The position numbers and the translations under genes were made by a program. From contig MU058059.1 of NCBI GenBank assembly GCA_013265495.1, positions 682,001-746,000 on the forward strand: DNA of 64,000 nucleotides, written 5' to 3'. Under the pieces are notes generated by a model. It was given only the letters and a program-made list of their open reading frames with translations, was not told where the DNA came from and made no database searches. This document shows positions 26,090 through 39,594 of this stretch, one piece after another. The first letter of the stretch is position 1, and every line of letters starts with the position of its first letter. The DNA is from Vicugna vicugna (Eukaryota).

Positions 26090-27811
26090 GGTGTGAATTT
26101 ACAGGCTGTGTCAAATGTATAAACGTATGATTTATATCTATGTCTGTGTGCATATGCATATACACGTACCATATATGTAAATATGTACTGTGTGTGTTAA
26201 AACATATGTATTTAGCAGAAAAGGAAACTCATCGTTTTCTTAAACATGAAAAGATGCTCAAACTCCCTCTTAATAAGAAATAAAAATTAAAAATCAATTG
26301 ATAAAAAATAACCCTCTTTAAAGTCATACTAATAATTTTCAGATATTTCATGCAGATTAATTTCCTATGCTATAAGCTAAATTAACCTTGGCATCACACT
26401 CTTTGTTTCCCCACTCTAAAATGAGGAATCTCAATCCCAGACAACTTATAAGTCAGTGACTAATGCGACAGAAGGAAGGAGATGGAGAAGATGAAGAAGA
26501 TGCAGTCTGCCTCACTGCACTTGGAGTCGAACCAGGAGAAGATAGCATGAAGTATACAGTCAGTGAGGACAACATAAGTGCTATCACAAGCCTGTTGTGG
26601 GAACATGGAGGAAGGAGAATTGAGTCTGAGTATCAAAGATCAGGTAAAGATTCATAAAGGAAATTTTTTTTTTGAGTCACACTTGTGGACAGGGGTATTT
26701 TCAGCAGACAAAAAAAAGGAGAAGAGAATGATCCAGGCTGCCATTGCAATTTCATTTAAGGAGAGAGACCTGAAAGTGTAGGCAATATTGAGAAAACAGT
26801 GAGTGGTCCCATCTCAGTCTAAGACTGTATGTGTTTTTAAAAGACTATATGTGTTTATTTTTTTAAAGATTATTGAAATCTAGCTTCATAATATATCAGA
26901 AAGGACCTTGAATAAATTTCTAACAAGCTTGGACTTTAATGTGAAAGTCCTAAATAAGCTGTATGAACCTAGAGTACAGTGATGATCTGGTAACTGGTAT
27001 CTTATCTTCTATGAAAAAAGTTTGTGCTTTGTGATTGAAAAGATAATTTAGGTCAACAAGATCAAGAACTGAAAACAAATTCATTGTTCCAATAACTAAC
27101 CACAACAAGCAGCTACCCAGGGTGTTACGGGTTTTAAGATCAGTTATAAGGTAATAAAGGCTTAAGAAAGTTCACTGAGTTTATCACTGAGATAAACTAC
27201 ACATTGATATTTTTATGTCAGGATCTCACATTTTCTCCCAGAAAGACTCATGTCCTTAAGAGGTAGTCTGAGAGGTCTAATGAAATCTAGCTTCAAGTGC
27301 ATGGATGAGTCAGGAACTTAAATTTAGGGATCTAATAATTTGAAGTAGGCAAACCTTCCTTCCTCTTAGAAGAAGTTAATACACATGCTGCAAAACTTTG
27401 ACATGTATAGATTCATCTAGTCCTTCCTCTTATAATTTCTCCAGTGTGTATCTATTAGAAAATGAACACTGACTGGAAAGAGGTAGTAAGAATAGTAGCT
27501 ACTTTACCTTCCTAGTTTTAACATAATGGAGCACCTATTCCAAAAATTGTATATTGTATGTACTAGTTGAGGTGCAAGTGACAGAAACTCAATACAGAAT
27601 TGCATACTTTTAAAAGAGCTCAGGGACAAAACCAAGGGAACAGTGTAGATGGAGCCACATTCTGGAATGACTGGATTCAGGGTATTAGGCACCATTAGGA
27701 CTCACTTTTTCTCCTTTTATGTACCTCTTATCTCTGATTTTTTCTATTGATATAGATTTACTATTCCTTCATGACTGAAATCATGACCACAGACAATTCT
27801 GAGCTTTACAT

Positions 27812-28016
27812 CAGGGTTCCTCAGTTTCAGGACTGTTGACATTTTAGCTGGATAATTCCTTGTTTGGGGGATCTGTTTTGTGGAATGTAGGATGTTTATC
27901 AGTCTCCCTGGTCTCTGAGCACTGGCCTCCCCACCTCCAGAGCTGTAACAACCGAAAACCAGATATTGCCAGATGTCCCCTGAGGGTAAAATGTATCGCC
28001 ACTTGAGAAATACTGC
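27812..28016. mobile_element. MER20 (hAT-Charlie MITE)
   Basis: actgttgacattttagctggataattccttgtttgggg...ccagatattgccagatgtcccctgaggg...ttgagaaatactg. Confidence 0.85.
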
Positions 28017-28689
28017 CCAAAAGGCTTCTGTCAGAGAAGAAGGAGACTTCCTTCACACAGCTTCCATTTAGAAAAGTCCAACAGAGTAGTTTTGGTCCCG
28101 TGTGCACCACATAACCATCCTGAAGCACACTTTTTTGACCAGGAAAGTGAGGTATCATGAGTGGCCCAACCTTGTCAAATGCTGTATCAGCAAGGGCTCT
28201 TAGCAAGGTCACCAGCTGGCAAAACTCCAGGCAGCACCACTCACATAACAAGTATGTACTTTGTCATCAATCGTTCATTAGTAATTAGGAGTATGTTTGG
28301 GATTGAGGAAGTGATTCATAGAGGTGAAAAAACTGGCAAGGAGAATGGAGAATTAGGAGCACTGTACTCTATGATAGACTGTACAATAATCGCAAGGCAG
28401 AGGCAGTCCACCGTTGGAAGGATTAAAGCATGTGGTGCCTTAAAGGTAACAATATTAAGAACTAAATGGAAACTCAGCTCAACTACTAACTGCATCACCA
28501 TATTTCCCACATGAATAGCCTGAGAAAAGAAGAAACATGCCTATTTCTGGACAAACTTATAATTTGTCTCAGTCTCTAGTACTCTTTTACTAGAGTTTTT
28601 GCTAAAACCATTGTCAAGAGAGAAAACATGCAATGGAATTAGACACAGAGATGACACAGATATTGAACTATCATGGCTTATAAACCTGC

Positions 28690-31600
28690 ACTGTCAGAGG
28701 GACTAAACAAAGTTCTTCAGACAGAAAGGAATACTATACATATGGAAAAAAATTTTATCTACTCAAAGAAATGAAGATTAACAAAAATGGTAAAAATTGG
28801 GGTAATTATAAAAGTAAATTCCTTATTTTTAATCGCCTTAAAATAGGGGGTAAAAACGTTAAAAATACAAAACCAAAAAATGAAAATAAAATAAAAAGCA
28901 CAAAAAAGTATAACTGATAGTCCAAAAAAAGGAATGTGTTCTGGTGTTCATAATCTATATAGAAGTAAAAAGTATTACCACAAAAGACAGAAGGAAAAAC
29001 ATTGAAGTCTACAGTTTTTTGCTATACATGAAGTGATACAATATTTTTCAAAAGCATCTTTCAATGAGTTAAAGTTTTATATTATAAAATAAAGAAAAAC
29101 TAGTAAAAATGAATAAATAAAAGGATACTAAGCCATTAGTGGCAATGAAATAGACTCATTCGGAAATAATCAATCTGGTGGGGGAGGGTATAGCTCAGTG
29201 CTACAGTGTGTGCTTAGCCTGCATGAGGTCCTGGGTTCAATCCCCAGTACCTCCATTAAAATAAATAAATAAACAAATCTAATTACCTTCCCCCAAAACA
29301 AAATTTTAAAATTATTTAAAAAACAAAAAAATTTTTGAAGAAATAATCAATTCAAAACAAAGGGAGGAAATGAGAAGAAAAGAAGCAAAGAGTAGATGGG
29401 ACAAATAGAAAAGAAAGCAAAAAGTAGCTATAAGCTCCAGTATATTAATAATTATACTAAGTAAGTGATCTAAAATTTCCAATTAAAGGTAGGGATTGTC
29501 AGATGGAAATTTTTAAATACCAACTATATTCTCTAAATAAGAACTTCAACTTAAATGTAAAGATATGGATGAATTAAAGTAAAAAAAAAAGGTAAAGATA
29601 CAGAACAAAAACACAAAGCATAAGAAAATTGGAGAGGTTATATTACTATCAGATAAAGCAGACTTCAGAACAATGAATATCACCAGAGATACAGAAAAAC
29701 ATTACATAAATATAAATGGGGAAATTCATTTTTAGTCTCTTTAGAAGTTACCTCTGTATGCATCTAGTAGAACAACTTCAAAATATAAGAGGAAAACCTG
29801 AGTGAACTAAAAAGAGAAATAAACAAATACAGAATATAATTGGAGAATTCATCACTCTAAATAATAGAATAAGTAGATTAAAGTAATCAGTGACAGTATA
29901 GGAGGTAACAGCAGAATACACATTATTTTTAAGTCCCAATGGTATATTCACAGAGACCATAATCTAAGTGATAGTGCAACTCTCAAGAAATATAAAAAGA
30001 TTAAAGTAATACAAGTTTGTCTTCTGATAACAACAGAATTAAACTAGAAATGAAAAACAGGAAAAAATTTAAAGTAAACATCACATTTCTAAATAATGCG
30101 TCAAAAAATTATGAGAAAATTGGACAATATTTTGAGTTGAATGAAAATAAACACACAGCATACAAATATCTGAAAGTTGTGGCTACATTTGTGTTCAGAG
30201 AAAATTTATAACCTTAAATATTTGTATTTTAAAGAAGAAAGATCTCAAAATAAGGATCTAAGATTCCCACTTCAGAAGCTAAGAAGATGGAAGTTAACAC
30301 AAAGTTAAGTATAAAGAAGGAAATTATAGAGATAAAAGCAAAAGACAAGAAAATAGAAAATTAAAAAGCAATAAAGAAAAATTAATAGAAACAAAAACTG
30401 ATTCTTTGGAATGATTAATAAGATTGATCAACTTCTAGTAAGATAATCAAAAGAAAGAGGGGAGAAAAGACACCAAAGACTAGTAGGAATGAAAGACTGA
30501 ACATCGACAAATAAATATAATCAAAAAACACTTGCCAATAAATTTTTCAACATCAGTGAAATATAAAAATATAAAGTGTCTTCCTCAGAAGACATTACCA
30601 AAGCTGACTCAACAGACACAGAACCTGAACAGCCCTGTCCCTATGCAGGAAAATAATTTTTATATTTAGAAACCTTCCCACAAAGAAAATTCCAGGCTCA
30701 AGTGACTCAGTGGTGAATCCTACCAAACATTTAAGAAAGTAGTAACACCAAATCTATATACTTTTCCAAGAAATAAGGAGCAGGAAACACTTCCCAATTT
30801 ATCTCATGAAGGCAGCATTATCCTTATACCAAAACCATCCAAAGACATTATATGAAAAACAAAAAACATAAAGTATGATAACCCTCGTGAACTTTGACAC
30901 TTAGAAAGTCAAACAAAATCTTTAGCAAAGAGAATCCAGCAGTATATAAAAGAGATAATACATTATGACCAAATAAAGTTAGTCCCAGGAATGCAGATTG
31001 TTCTAATATTCAAAAATCAACATAATTCACGTATCAGATGAAAACAGAAAATTTATATGATTATCTCAAGAGATGCTGCAAAGGCATTAGAAAAACTTAA
31101 ACATCCATTTAGAACCATAACCCTCAATACACTAGGAACAGAAAGTTCCTCCTTATTATGATAGAGTATCTATGAAAATTTTACATATAGCATTATACTT
31201 CATGGTGAAATACGGAGGTTGTTCACCTAAAATCAGGAACAAAGTAAGAATGTCTGAATTCACCACTTCTCTTCAGCAATGTACTGACAGTTCCAGACAG
31301 TTCAATAAGGCATGGAAAATAAACAAAAGGCACAGAGATTATAAAGAACAAAGTAAAATAATCTTTGTCCACAGAAAGTGTGAATAATTTCTATGTAGAA
31401 AATTTTAATGAATCTTCCCAAAAAAGATGCTAAAACTAATAAGTGAGCTTAAGATTGTCACAAGATACAGCATCACTATGCAAAAAATACACATATACAC
31501 ACATACGTATTTCTGTATACTTGCAATGAGTAATTTGCAATTGAAATTTCAGTGATACTATATAGAATAACTTTAAAAATACAAACGTGAATCAAATTGA

Positions 31601-33285
31601 CAAGAAGTGTGCAAGATCTTTTTACTGAAAATCCCTGCACATTGTTGAGAAAAAATAAAGAAAACCTAAATAAATAGAAAAGTATGTCATGCTTGTATGT
31701 CAGAAGACTCAATATTATTAAGATATTAATTCTCCCTAAATTCACAATCGATGTATAGATTCAACAAAATCCTAGTTAAATTTGCTGCTTGATTTTTGGC
31801 AGAAATTGACAAGCTGAATCTAAACTGTATATGGAAATGTAAACGACCTGGAATAGCCTGAGCATTGTTGAAAAACAAATCAGTGGAAATGTACTACCTA
31901 ATCTCAAAACCTACTCTATAGCTATAGTACAAGACAGTTGATTGACAGTAGGATGGATCAATGAAAAAAGAATAAAACCCAGAAATAGGTCCAATATATG
32001 TTCAATTGATTTTTGACAAAGATGCAAACACAGTTCATTAGAGAGGGGGCAAAAAAGGATAGTCTTTTCAACAAATAGCACCGGAACAATTTGATATATG
32101 CCAGAATGAAATAAACCTTGAACCAGACCTCCAATTATACACAAAACTAACTTGAAGCGGATTATGGAGTCAAATATAAGAGCTCAAACTGTAAAACTTC
32201 TAGAAAAAAAAGATTTATGACTTTGGGTTAGGTCTTAGGACACGTAAAGCACAAACAATAAAAGAAAAAAGTGATAAATTGACCACCAAAACTAAAATTT
32301 TACTCTTTAAGAGGCATTATCAAGAAAATGAAAAGCCATAAGCTGGCGAAACAAATAACGGATAAAGGAATTCTATCCAGAATCTGTAATGAACTCTTAC
32401 TACTTACTTAAAGAAGGTGGGCAACCCAGTAACACGTTGGCAAAAGATCTGGACACCTCACAAAAAGAAGGCATGCAAATGAAAAATAAGCATAAGAAGA
32501 AATATTCATTATCATTAATCATTAGAAAAATGCACATGAAAAACCACAATGAGCTACATTCTCTAGAGTGACTAACGCGAAAAGAACCAACCATTGGCAA
32601 AGGTGTCGAGCAACTGGAACTGTCATATATTGTCAGTGGCAATGCACAGAGATCCAGCCACTTTGAAGAAGTTTGGTAGGCTCCTGTTGAGTTAAACATA
32701 TACATACCTTAGCATCCACCAATTCCACTTCCAGGCATTTCACTAAGAGAAATAAAGCATATGTCAGTATAAAGATCTATATGCAAATATTCACATATGC
32801 TTTATTCATAATTGCCAAAAATCTGGAAACAGTTAATCAACTGATGAATACATAAATTGTCCTTTCTTAAAATGGAATGTGTGTCCTTAAAATGGAATAC
32901 AGCAATAAAAAGAAAAAAACTGTTAATGCATGCAGCAATATGAATGATTCTCAAAATAATCATGCTAAATGAAAGAAGCATGACAAAGTATACCTTATAC
33001 TGTATAATTCTGTTTATTTAACATTCTGAAAAGCCAAAGCTAAAAGGAAAGGAATCAATTCCAGGCTGTAAGAGTAGATGGAAAGAATTAACTGTGAATA
33101 AGCAAGAGGAATCTTTTTGAGGTGATGAAAATGTTCTATACTTTGTAGTTGTGGTTACATAACTCTGAAGAGACGTAAAATTTCATAAAACTTTACACTT
33201 TAAATGAGTGAATGTGATTGGGAATTTATGTAAATTTTGCCTTAATATATCTGATTTAAAACCAAACATAATTTAAAAAAAAAAC
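28690..33285 (+). mobile_element. Old, highly decayed L1 (inter-ORF region, ORF2, 3' UTR)
   Basis: Degenerate ORF2 motifs (SDNNRIKLE, taccaaacatttaag, ataccaaaacca, agactcaatattattaagat) and an old-type 3' UTR ending in an A-rich tail. Confidence 0.9.
29175..29339 (+). mobile_element. Camelid-type tRNA-derived SINE nested in the old L1
   Basis: ggggagggtatagctcagtg...gaggtcctgggttcaatccccagtacctcc; TSD gaaataatcaat at 29163-29174 and 29340-29351. Confidence 0.93.
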
Positions 33286-33564
33286 TGTAAATTGAGTTTA
33301 CCCCACTACTTTCTTCATGAAGTAGGACGTTTTGGTGGGCTCCAAAGAAAATACCAGCCACATACAATGACTTCATTAATTTGTCCATTCATTCATTCAA
33401 CAGTTGTCTATGTAATATATGCTACTTGCCAGGAGCAAACTTAGATGTTTGGGATACATCTAGGAATATAATCAAAGATTTCTGCCTTTTGAGAACTTAC
33501 CTGCCAGAAGGAGGGAAACATAAAAAATAATTTCCGTAAGAAGAAAAAGGAAATTACATCATAT

Positions 33565-34070
33565 ACTAGGGGATATGGCCCAATAGACCAGGAGACAACT
33601 ACCACAGTGGTCACTCACAGTTCCCAAGAGGAGGGGGCCCACCACACCACACAGGAAAAGCCCCAGAAAGTCCCAGGGTCAGCCAGCGGGCAGAAGGAGT
33701 GGGAGGAAAGCATAGTCAAGAGCTTGGATTGTGGTTTCTGGGGAAAGGAAAGGCGTGGCGGGGTAAGCAGACCTAGGGTTGGCAAGTGTGAATAATCTCA
33801 GTGGGCTTTGGCGGGCAGGGCTATCCTGAGCTGTCTGGTACCTGGTCCTGGGGTGATTAGGACAGATGGATAGTAGCCTAGAGTGTGATATCCTAATAAA
33901 GTAAATGACCACAGTGTAGGCTCTGGATTGACTAGTTTGTATATGAAAGACGTGCTCACAGATGGTCTCTAAGAACTGGGTAACCCTTAGAAGGGCAGTC
34001 TTTTCCTGATCATCAAGGCCGAAAAAGCTAGAGCATCAAGAAGACAGAAATTATTAAAATACGGTTAACA
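33565..34070. mobile_element. ERVL solo LTR (MER76-like)
   Basis: ggcccaatagaccaggagac...tcacagttcccaagaggagggg...gtacctggtcctggggtgattagg...gcatcaagaagacagaaa; family name from memory. Confidence 0.6.
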
Positions 34071-34129
34071 TGGAAAGCAGGTCAGAGGGATAAAGGGTAG
34101 GGCAGAGAGAACTGAGAAGCCATGGAAAG

Positions 34130-34640
34130 GTTTTCATCTGACTTACGTTTTCAAAATACCTTTCTGATTGCTCTCTTGAGAGTGGACCATGGTGAACAAG
34201 ACTAGAAACAGGGAGATACATTCCAGGCTGTGGCATAATTGAGCCTGATGGTCAGCAGTGGAGGTGGTAAGACGTAGCAGGTTTTTAAAATATTTTGAAG
34301 GCAGAGGAAACAAGATTTACTGAGAGATTAAATACTGCATGTGAGATGATTTGGGAATGACTCCCAGTTTTGTGATTTAAGTGTCGGAAAGGGTGTTGTT
34401 GTCCACTGTGTTGAGGAAGGCTGAAGGCAGCACAAATCTGTATTCATGTGGGTTCCCCCAAAGGCAGAGCCTGAGACAAGGACTTGGATGCAGATATTTA
34501 CGAGAGGTGATCCCAGGAAGCAGGTGGGAGGGAGAAGAGAGTGAGACAGGCGATGGGGCTTGATTCAGTGGGATCTCTCAGAATGCCTCCCAGACTTTGT
34601 GTGAAATACAGGGGCACTTACCCCCAGCTCCCAGTGTCTG
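34130..34640. mobile_element. L2 fragment followed by an LTR33-like fragment
   Basis: tattttgaaggcagagg...gaatgactcccagttt (L2); cagagcctgagacaaggacttggatgcag...gaggtgatcccaggaagc (LTR33-like). Confidence 0.55.
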
Positions 34641-34673
34641 TCTGTCTTCTAGCTGTTTGGGATACATGCTTAC

Positions 34674-34890
34674 CTCAGTCTTTCTTCCAATGCAGTCTAA
34701 TATTGCTGTGGACCTCTTGTTTATGCCACATAACATTACATATAAGAGAGCCTTTCTATAGTTACATAGTCAAAAGATGTGAAATTTTTAACTCGAAATG
34801 AGCATTTTAGTAATGAGGGAGATGCTGAGAGCAAAGAGCTGACTCCATCATTTTGGACGTTAATTTGAAGGTAGTAATGAGGTGCAGTTT
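34674..34890 (-). pseudogene. Candidate exon
   Basis: Acceptor ttcttttacaccgtag, donor GAG|gtaagc; TAPHYYLQINVQ...KCSFRVKNFTSFDYVTIERLSY, then a probable frameshift. Confidence 0.5.
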
Positions 34891-35472
34891 CTACGGTGTA
34901 AAAGAATAAGTAATGAAGACTCTGTTTTATATATTTTAACCCAAACTGGTTCCCCTCTACACACACCCACACACACCCACACCCACCCACACCTACATAC
35001 ACACACACACACACTAAATATTGCAGGATGAAAAACTAAAACTAAAAAGTTGAAACTAAAATACTCTATGAAGTTTTCATCACTAGATGATGAATAATAT
35101 AATAATAGCCCACTCTAGAATAGCTCTACTTTGTGACCTGTTTATCCTCATGTCAAATGTTGGCCTTAGAAATCAAGACATCAGATGGTTAACAGGAAAA
35201 CAGGCAAAAACTTGGAGGGATAATCCAGCAAATTAATACTTCTTTCATTTCAAATTTTTAATTCAGTTTAATCAATGACATAAACTAACATTTTGTTCAT
35301 ATTTTACATACTACCCCTTAGTTCCAACCAAATAATAAAAACTTAAAAGTTCTTGTTGTAAGAAATTATAAGGTCTTCTTACAACCACTTAAAGATTTGA
35401 TTTTAACTTCACTGCCATTAGTTTGGGAAGCTCTAAGTTGTTTGGTAGTTTGTATTTATAATTGAGGTTTAC

Positions 35473-35560
35473 CTGCTGAAATCCTCTTGAGGGACAGGTT
35501 CTAGCCTCTTACTTCCCTGTGGTTGAAAGAGTCACTAGCCTGGAGAACCTTCTTTAAGCC
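35473..35560 (-). pseudogene. Candidate small exon
   Basis: Acceptor tttttcaatttcaag, donor CAG|gtaaac; ends ...SKRLEPVPQEDFS with upstream stops. Confidence 0.4.
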
Positions 35561-36229
35561 CTTGAAATTGAAAAATGACATTCCTTCATTATCATCATTG
35601 ACAACACTGGCATTTTTAGGTAAGAGTGCTCTCTAAGTGGTTTCTGAGCACGTGTAGCACTGGTTAATGAGACTGGTCAAAGGTTTCATTTACTTCTGTC
35701 ACATTACTCTTCTAACTCAGAATCTGTGACCAAACTGCAGAGGCTTAAAAGTCTCTTGTTTTACTTTTCTTTTCATTTCATTGTGTTCTGTGGCACACAC
35801 ACAGCTTCCTGTATTATCAAACTCTCCTTGTTCTCTTCTGCCCATAATAGCATTCAAATAGGATTCAAGTGCTTACTCTCCAGCATGAGAATTTTTAAGA
35901 GGAAACCTACCTCCAAGTCTTAACTCTGCCATTATTCCCTAAAAAGGCAAGACACTATTAGATTCCATTTATGTAATGATGCCTTCTCCAACCCACTAAA
36001 ACATTAATGTCTCTAATATAAAGTACAGGATGGCTTTTTCCAAAGTGAATCTTTGGATGCTATATTGTTTCATGACAAGACTGTTAAGTGGCTATTCTTT
36101 CAAGGTTAAAACTTGCTGTTTTTGTTCATGGAAGATTTCATGAGCTGCATCCTTTCCTCTAACTTTTAAATACACACTCAACATCCACAGTGTGCTGTTA
36201 TTGGAGCCTTAGGCTCAGAAGCGATGCAA

Positions 36230-36760
36230 TATTTAACATTCTAACTGGGGGAACATATAATACACAAATAAAATAATTTCAGATAGTACTAAGTGCTATG
36301 AAAAAAATCAAATGAAGTGATATGCCAGTGAGTGACAGAGCAGGACAGGTTAGGGAAGGTCTTTCGGAGAAACTGACATTTGAGCTGAGATTCAAACGAA
36401 GATCCACCCATGCAGAGATCTTAGGGAACTGGTACCTCGGCAGGAAGAAGAGGAAGAAGAGGAAGAACACAATTGGTATGGCCATGGAACAGATAGAAAG
36501 TCAACTGAACGAGAGCAAAAGAGTGGTAAAGGGCACTGGAGAAGCAGCCCCAGGCCAGAACATTTGCGACTTGGATTGTTTCTAAGTGCCGTGAGAAGTC
36601 ACCAGAAAATTTGAGGCCAAAGAATGTCATGATCTTTTTGTTTTGTTTCTTTTTTTAACTTTTCCAAAGAAATTACCCTGGCTTTTAAAATTTTACTTGT
36701 TTGAAAATGTACTCAATAGGGCAAGAGCTGAAAAAGCCAATAGTCGTCCACGTGAAATAA
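36230..36760. mobile_element. L2 remnant
   Basis: ggttagggaaggtctttcggagaaactgacatttgagctgaga, typical of L2. Confidence 0.7.
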
Positions 36761-36871
36761 CTGTGCTGGGCTCTAAGATCATCTGCACCTAAGATCATGC
36801 TTTCCAAAGCGAAGGCCAAATCAGAACCACCTAAGGAGTTTTTAGAGCCTTTATAAACACAGATTTCCAGG

Positions 36872-37593
36872 TAGGAATGTAGTTTGGTGCAGCCATTATG
36901 GAAAACAATGGAGATTCTTCAAAAAACTAAAAATGACTTACCCGATGATCTGGCAATCCCACTCCTGGGCATATTTCTGGAGGAAACTCTAATTAAAAAA
37001 AAAAAAATACATGCACCCCAGTGTTCAGAGCAGCACTATTTACAATAGCCAAGACACTCAAACAGCCTAAACGTCCATTGACAGATGACTAGATAAAGAA
37101 GTTGTGGTATGTATACACAATGGAATACTGTTTGGCCATAAAAATGAATAAAATAATGCCATTTGCAGCAATATGGATAGACCTGGAGATGGTCATTCTA
37201 AGTGAAGTAAGCCAGAAAGAGAAAGAAAAATACAACATGATATCACTCATAGTCAAATCTTGAAAAAAAAAAAAAAGGCACAAATGAACTTATTTACAAA
37301 ACAGAAAAAGACTCACAGACATAGAAAACAAACTTACGGTTACTAGCGGGAAAGGGGGTGGGAAGGGATAAACTAGGGGTTCAAGATGTGCAGATTCTAA
37401 CCACTATATATAAAATAGATTAAAAGTTTCTTCTGTGTAGCACAGGGAACTATATTCAATACCTTGTAGTAACCTATAGTGAAAAAGAATATGAAAGGAA
37501 CATGTGTATGTATATGTATGACAAACATTATGCTGTACACCAGACATTGACACAACATTGTAAACTGACTATATTTCAATTAAAAAAAACACC
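36872..37593 (+). mobile_element. Truncated L1 3' end inserted into a MER5-like MITE
   Basis: L1 ORF2 end, 3' UTR and A tail; TSD cagatttccagg at 36860-36871 and 37594-37605; MER5-like flanks at about 36795-36870 and 37606-37700. Confidence 0.9.
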
Positions 37594-37951
37594 CAGATTT
37601 CCAGGCCTCGCTGCTTCAAGTCTCAGAGTCAGGGGTCTGGACTTGATGCCAAGGATCTGTATTTTAAAAATCTCCTTGGATGTTTCAGAGGCAACCCCTG
37701 ACCAAACTGAGCCATACAGATCTAAAACTAGTTTAGAAAGTTATTTTAAATGCCGAACAAAACTTCCATATAAGAAAATTAAACAAAATACATATTTTAA
37801 AAATAATAAGTTTTTCTCACAATCATTCACAGTCCTGAAGAGAATCAGCATTATTTACAGGTGGGAACACAAGTACTGAAATATCCCCTTTGATGTTTTC
37901 TCTGCTCACTGACCATTTGTCTCCTGCAACCTCTCTTAAAACTAGTCAGTG

Positions 37952-38351
37952 AGAGGAAGACAAATACCATATGATATCGCTTACATGTGGAATCTTAAAA
38001 ATGATACAAATGAATTTATTTACAAAACGAAATAGACTCACAGACATAGAAAAAAAAATTATGGTTACCAAAGGGAAAAGGGCATAGGAAGGGATAAATT
38101 AGGAGTTTGGGATTAAGAGATACACATTACTATATACAAAATAGATAAACAACAAGAACCTACTGTGTAGCTCAGGGAACTATACTCACTATCTTGTAAT
38201 AACCTATAATGGAAAAGAATCTGAAAAAGAATATATATGTACGTGTATATATGTGTGTGTGTATGTGTGTATAACTGAATCACTTTCCCATCCACCTGAA
38301 ACTAACACAACATTGTAAATCAATTGTACTTCAATAAAATACAATTAAAAA
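37952..38351 (+). mobile_element. Truncated L1 3' end
   Basis: agacaaataccatatgatatcgcttac...gtaaatcaattgtacttcaataaaa; agtcagtg on both flanks. Confidence 0.9.
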
Positions 38352-38899
38352 GTGAGTCAGTGTGTTTCCTCCTGTGCACACACGGTCTATACAGGCTGCT
38401 CCAAGCAGTCAGGTTTGTGTTGGGCTCTAACCTAGCATTCAACCTCCACGCTACTGCGTTTTCTGGTTTTCTTGGATCTTCCTTTACACAGTTCTTTAAG
38501 ACATGCATTCAAAGGTTGGTCTCCGTCGGTTACCATAGTGCTAATAACTTTTCTACTCCTCTAATTAATTCTGAAGCACAGCAGTGGGATTTGCCTCATG
38601 TGGCTGACTTGGCCAGTTGTGTTTAATATTTCCTCCTCTCCTGACAAACTCAGCAACAGAGCTATGAACTCTGCTCAACCTAACCTGCATTCACCCTCCT
38701 CAGTGGACCCGAGTGCTGAGTAAATTGAAAGGGTTAGGTCAGAGATTATAACCCAAACAGATAACTTCTCAACCGGCTGGTGTCTCTGAGCCTGAGTCGC
38801 AACCCTCAACATCCACTCAGGAGCGTAAGGCAGCATCACTTCTAGACGTCCCAAGGGAGTCAGAACCACCTGACTGGCCACGTCTGCCCTTGACCTCCT

Positions 38900-39560
38900 C
38901 ACGCTAATTCGCCAGCCTGGGCGTGGTTGCCTTAGGAAATTTCAGAACTGATTCTGTGCTGCTTTGTAACAGAGTTTTTCCATCTTTCCTGTTGGCACTG
39001 TTTACAAGACGCCTCTCCGGTGGGTGGATCTGCTCCGTGAACGATGTGTGTCTCCAACTCAGTCCAGCACTGACAACAGCCTCCCTCTTCCACACTGGAG
39101 GGCGTAGTCTACGCGAGTCTGAAGGGCGAGCTCAGTATCCCTGGATACTAGCCGGCAGTGACTTGGACTCCACAAACTCTCTTCGAAATGACACTGGGGT
39201 TTGACCTGAGCAGAGGTGTTCCACTTTTCTTCAGATACCCAAGAAAAGGTTGCTGTCCATTTGGTATAAACAGTCTGGTGCCCACAGTGCCTTATAGCTG
39301 TGTTTTGCTCTTTGTTTTCTATTTGTCAAGTCTGTTCTTTGCTTCTTTTCTTCTCTTTTCCTCCCTTTTTTGGGATTGATTATTTCTGAATAAGTCCATT
39401 TTATTACCACATATGGCTTATTTATTATCCTCACTTATTTTTTACTAGTTTCTCTATATTTTACAATCTGAAATTTTAACTCATCGAAAGATGCTTTTGA
39501 AAAATATTATACCACTTCATGTATAGTTCTTGGGCATAGCCCAAGATCTTGGAGACCTTC
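38900..39560 (-). pseudogene. Candidate eTudor exon interrupted by an L1-derived insert (39293-39526)
   Basis: Acceptor tgtccctgtctttag; without the insert it reads AMPKNYKA.VG..DCLYQMDSNLF...REFVESKSLP...RLRPPVWKREAV. The donor end is not defined. Confidence 0.55.
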
Positions 39561-39594
39561 CTAAAGACAGGGGACAGTGAAACCATCTCACAGA

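Noticed and set aside
26463..26657. Acidic plus-strand ORF as an exon downstream of the island
   Set aside because: Purine-rich sequence that looks like decayed L2; no support.
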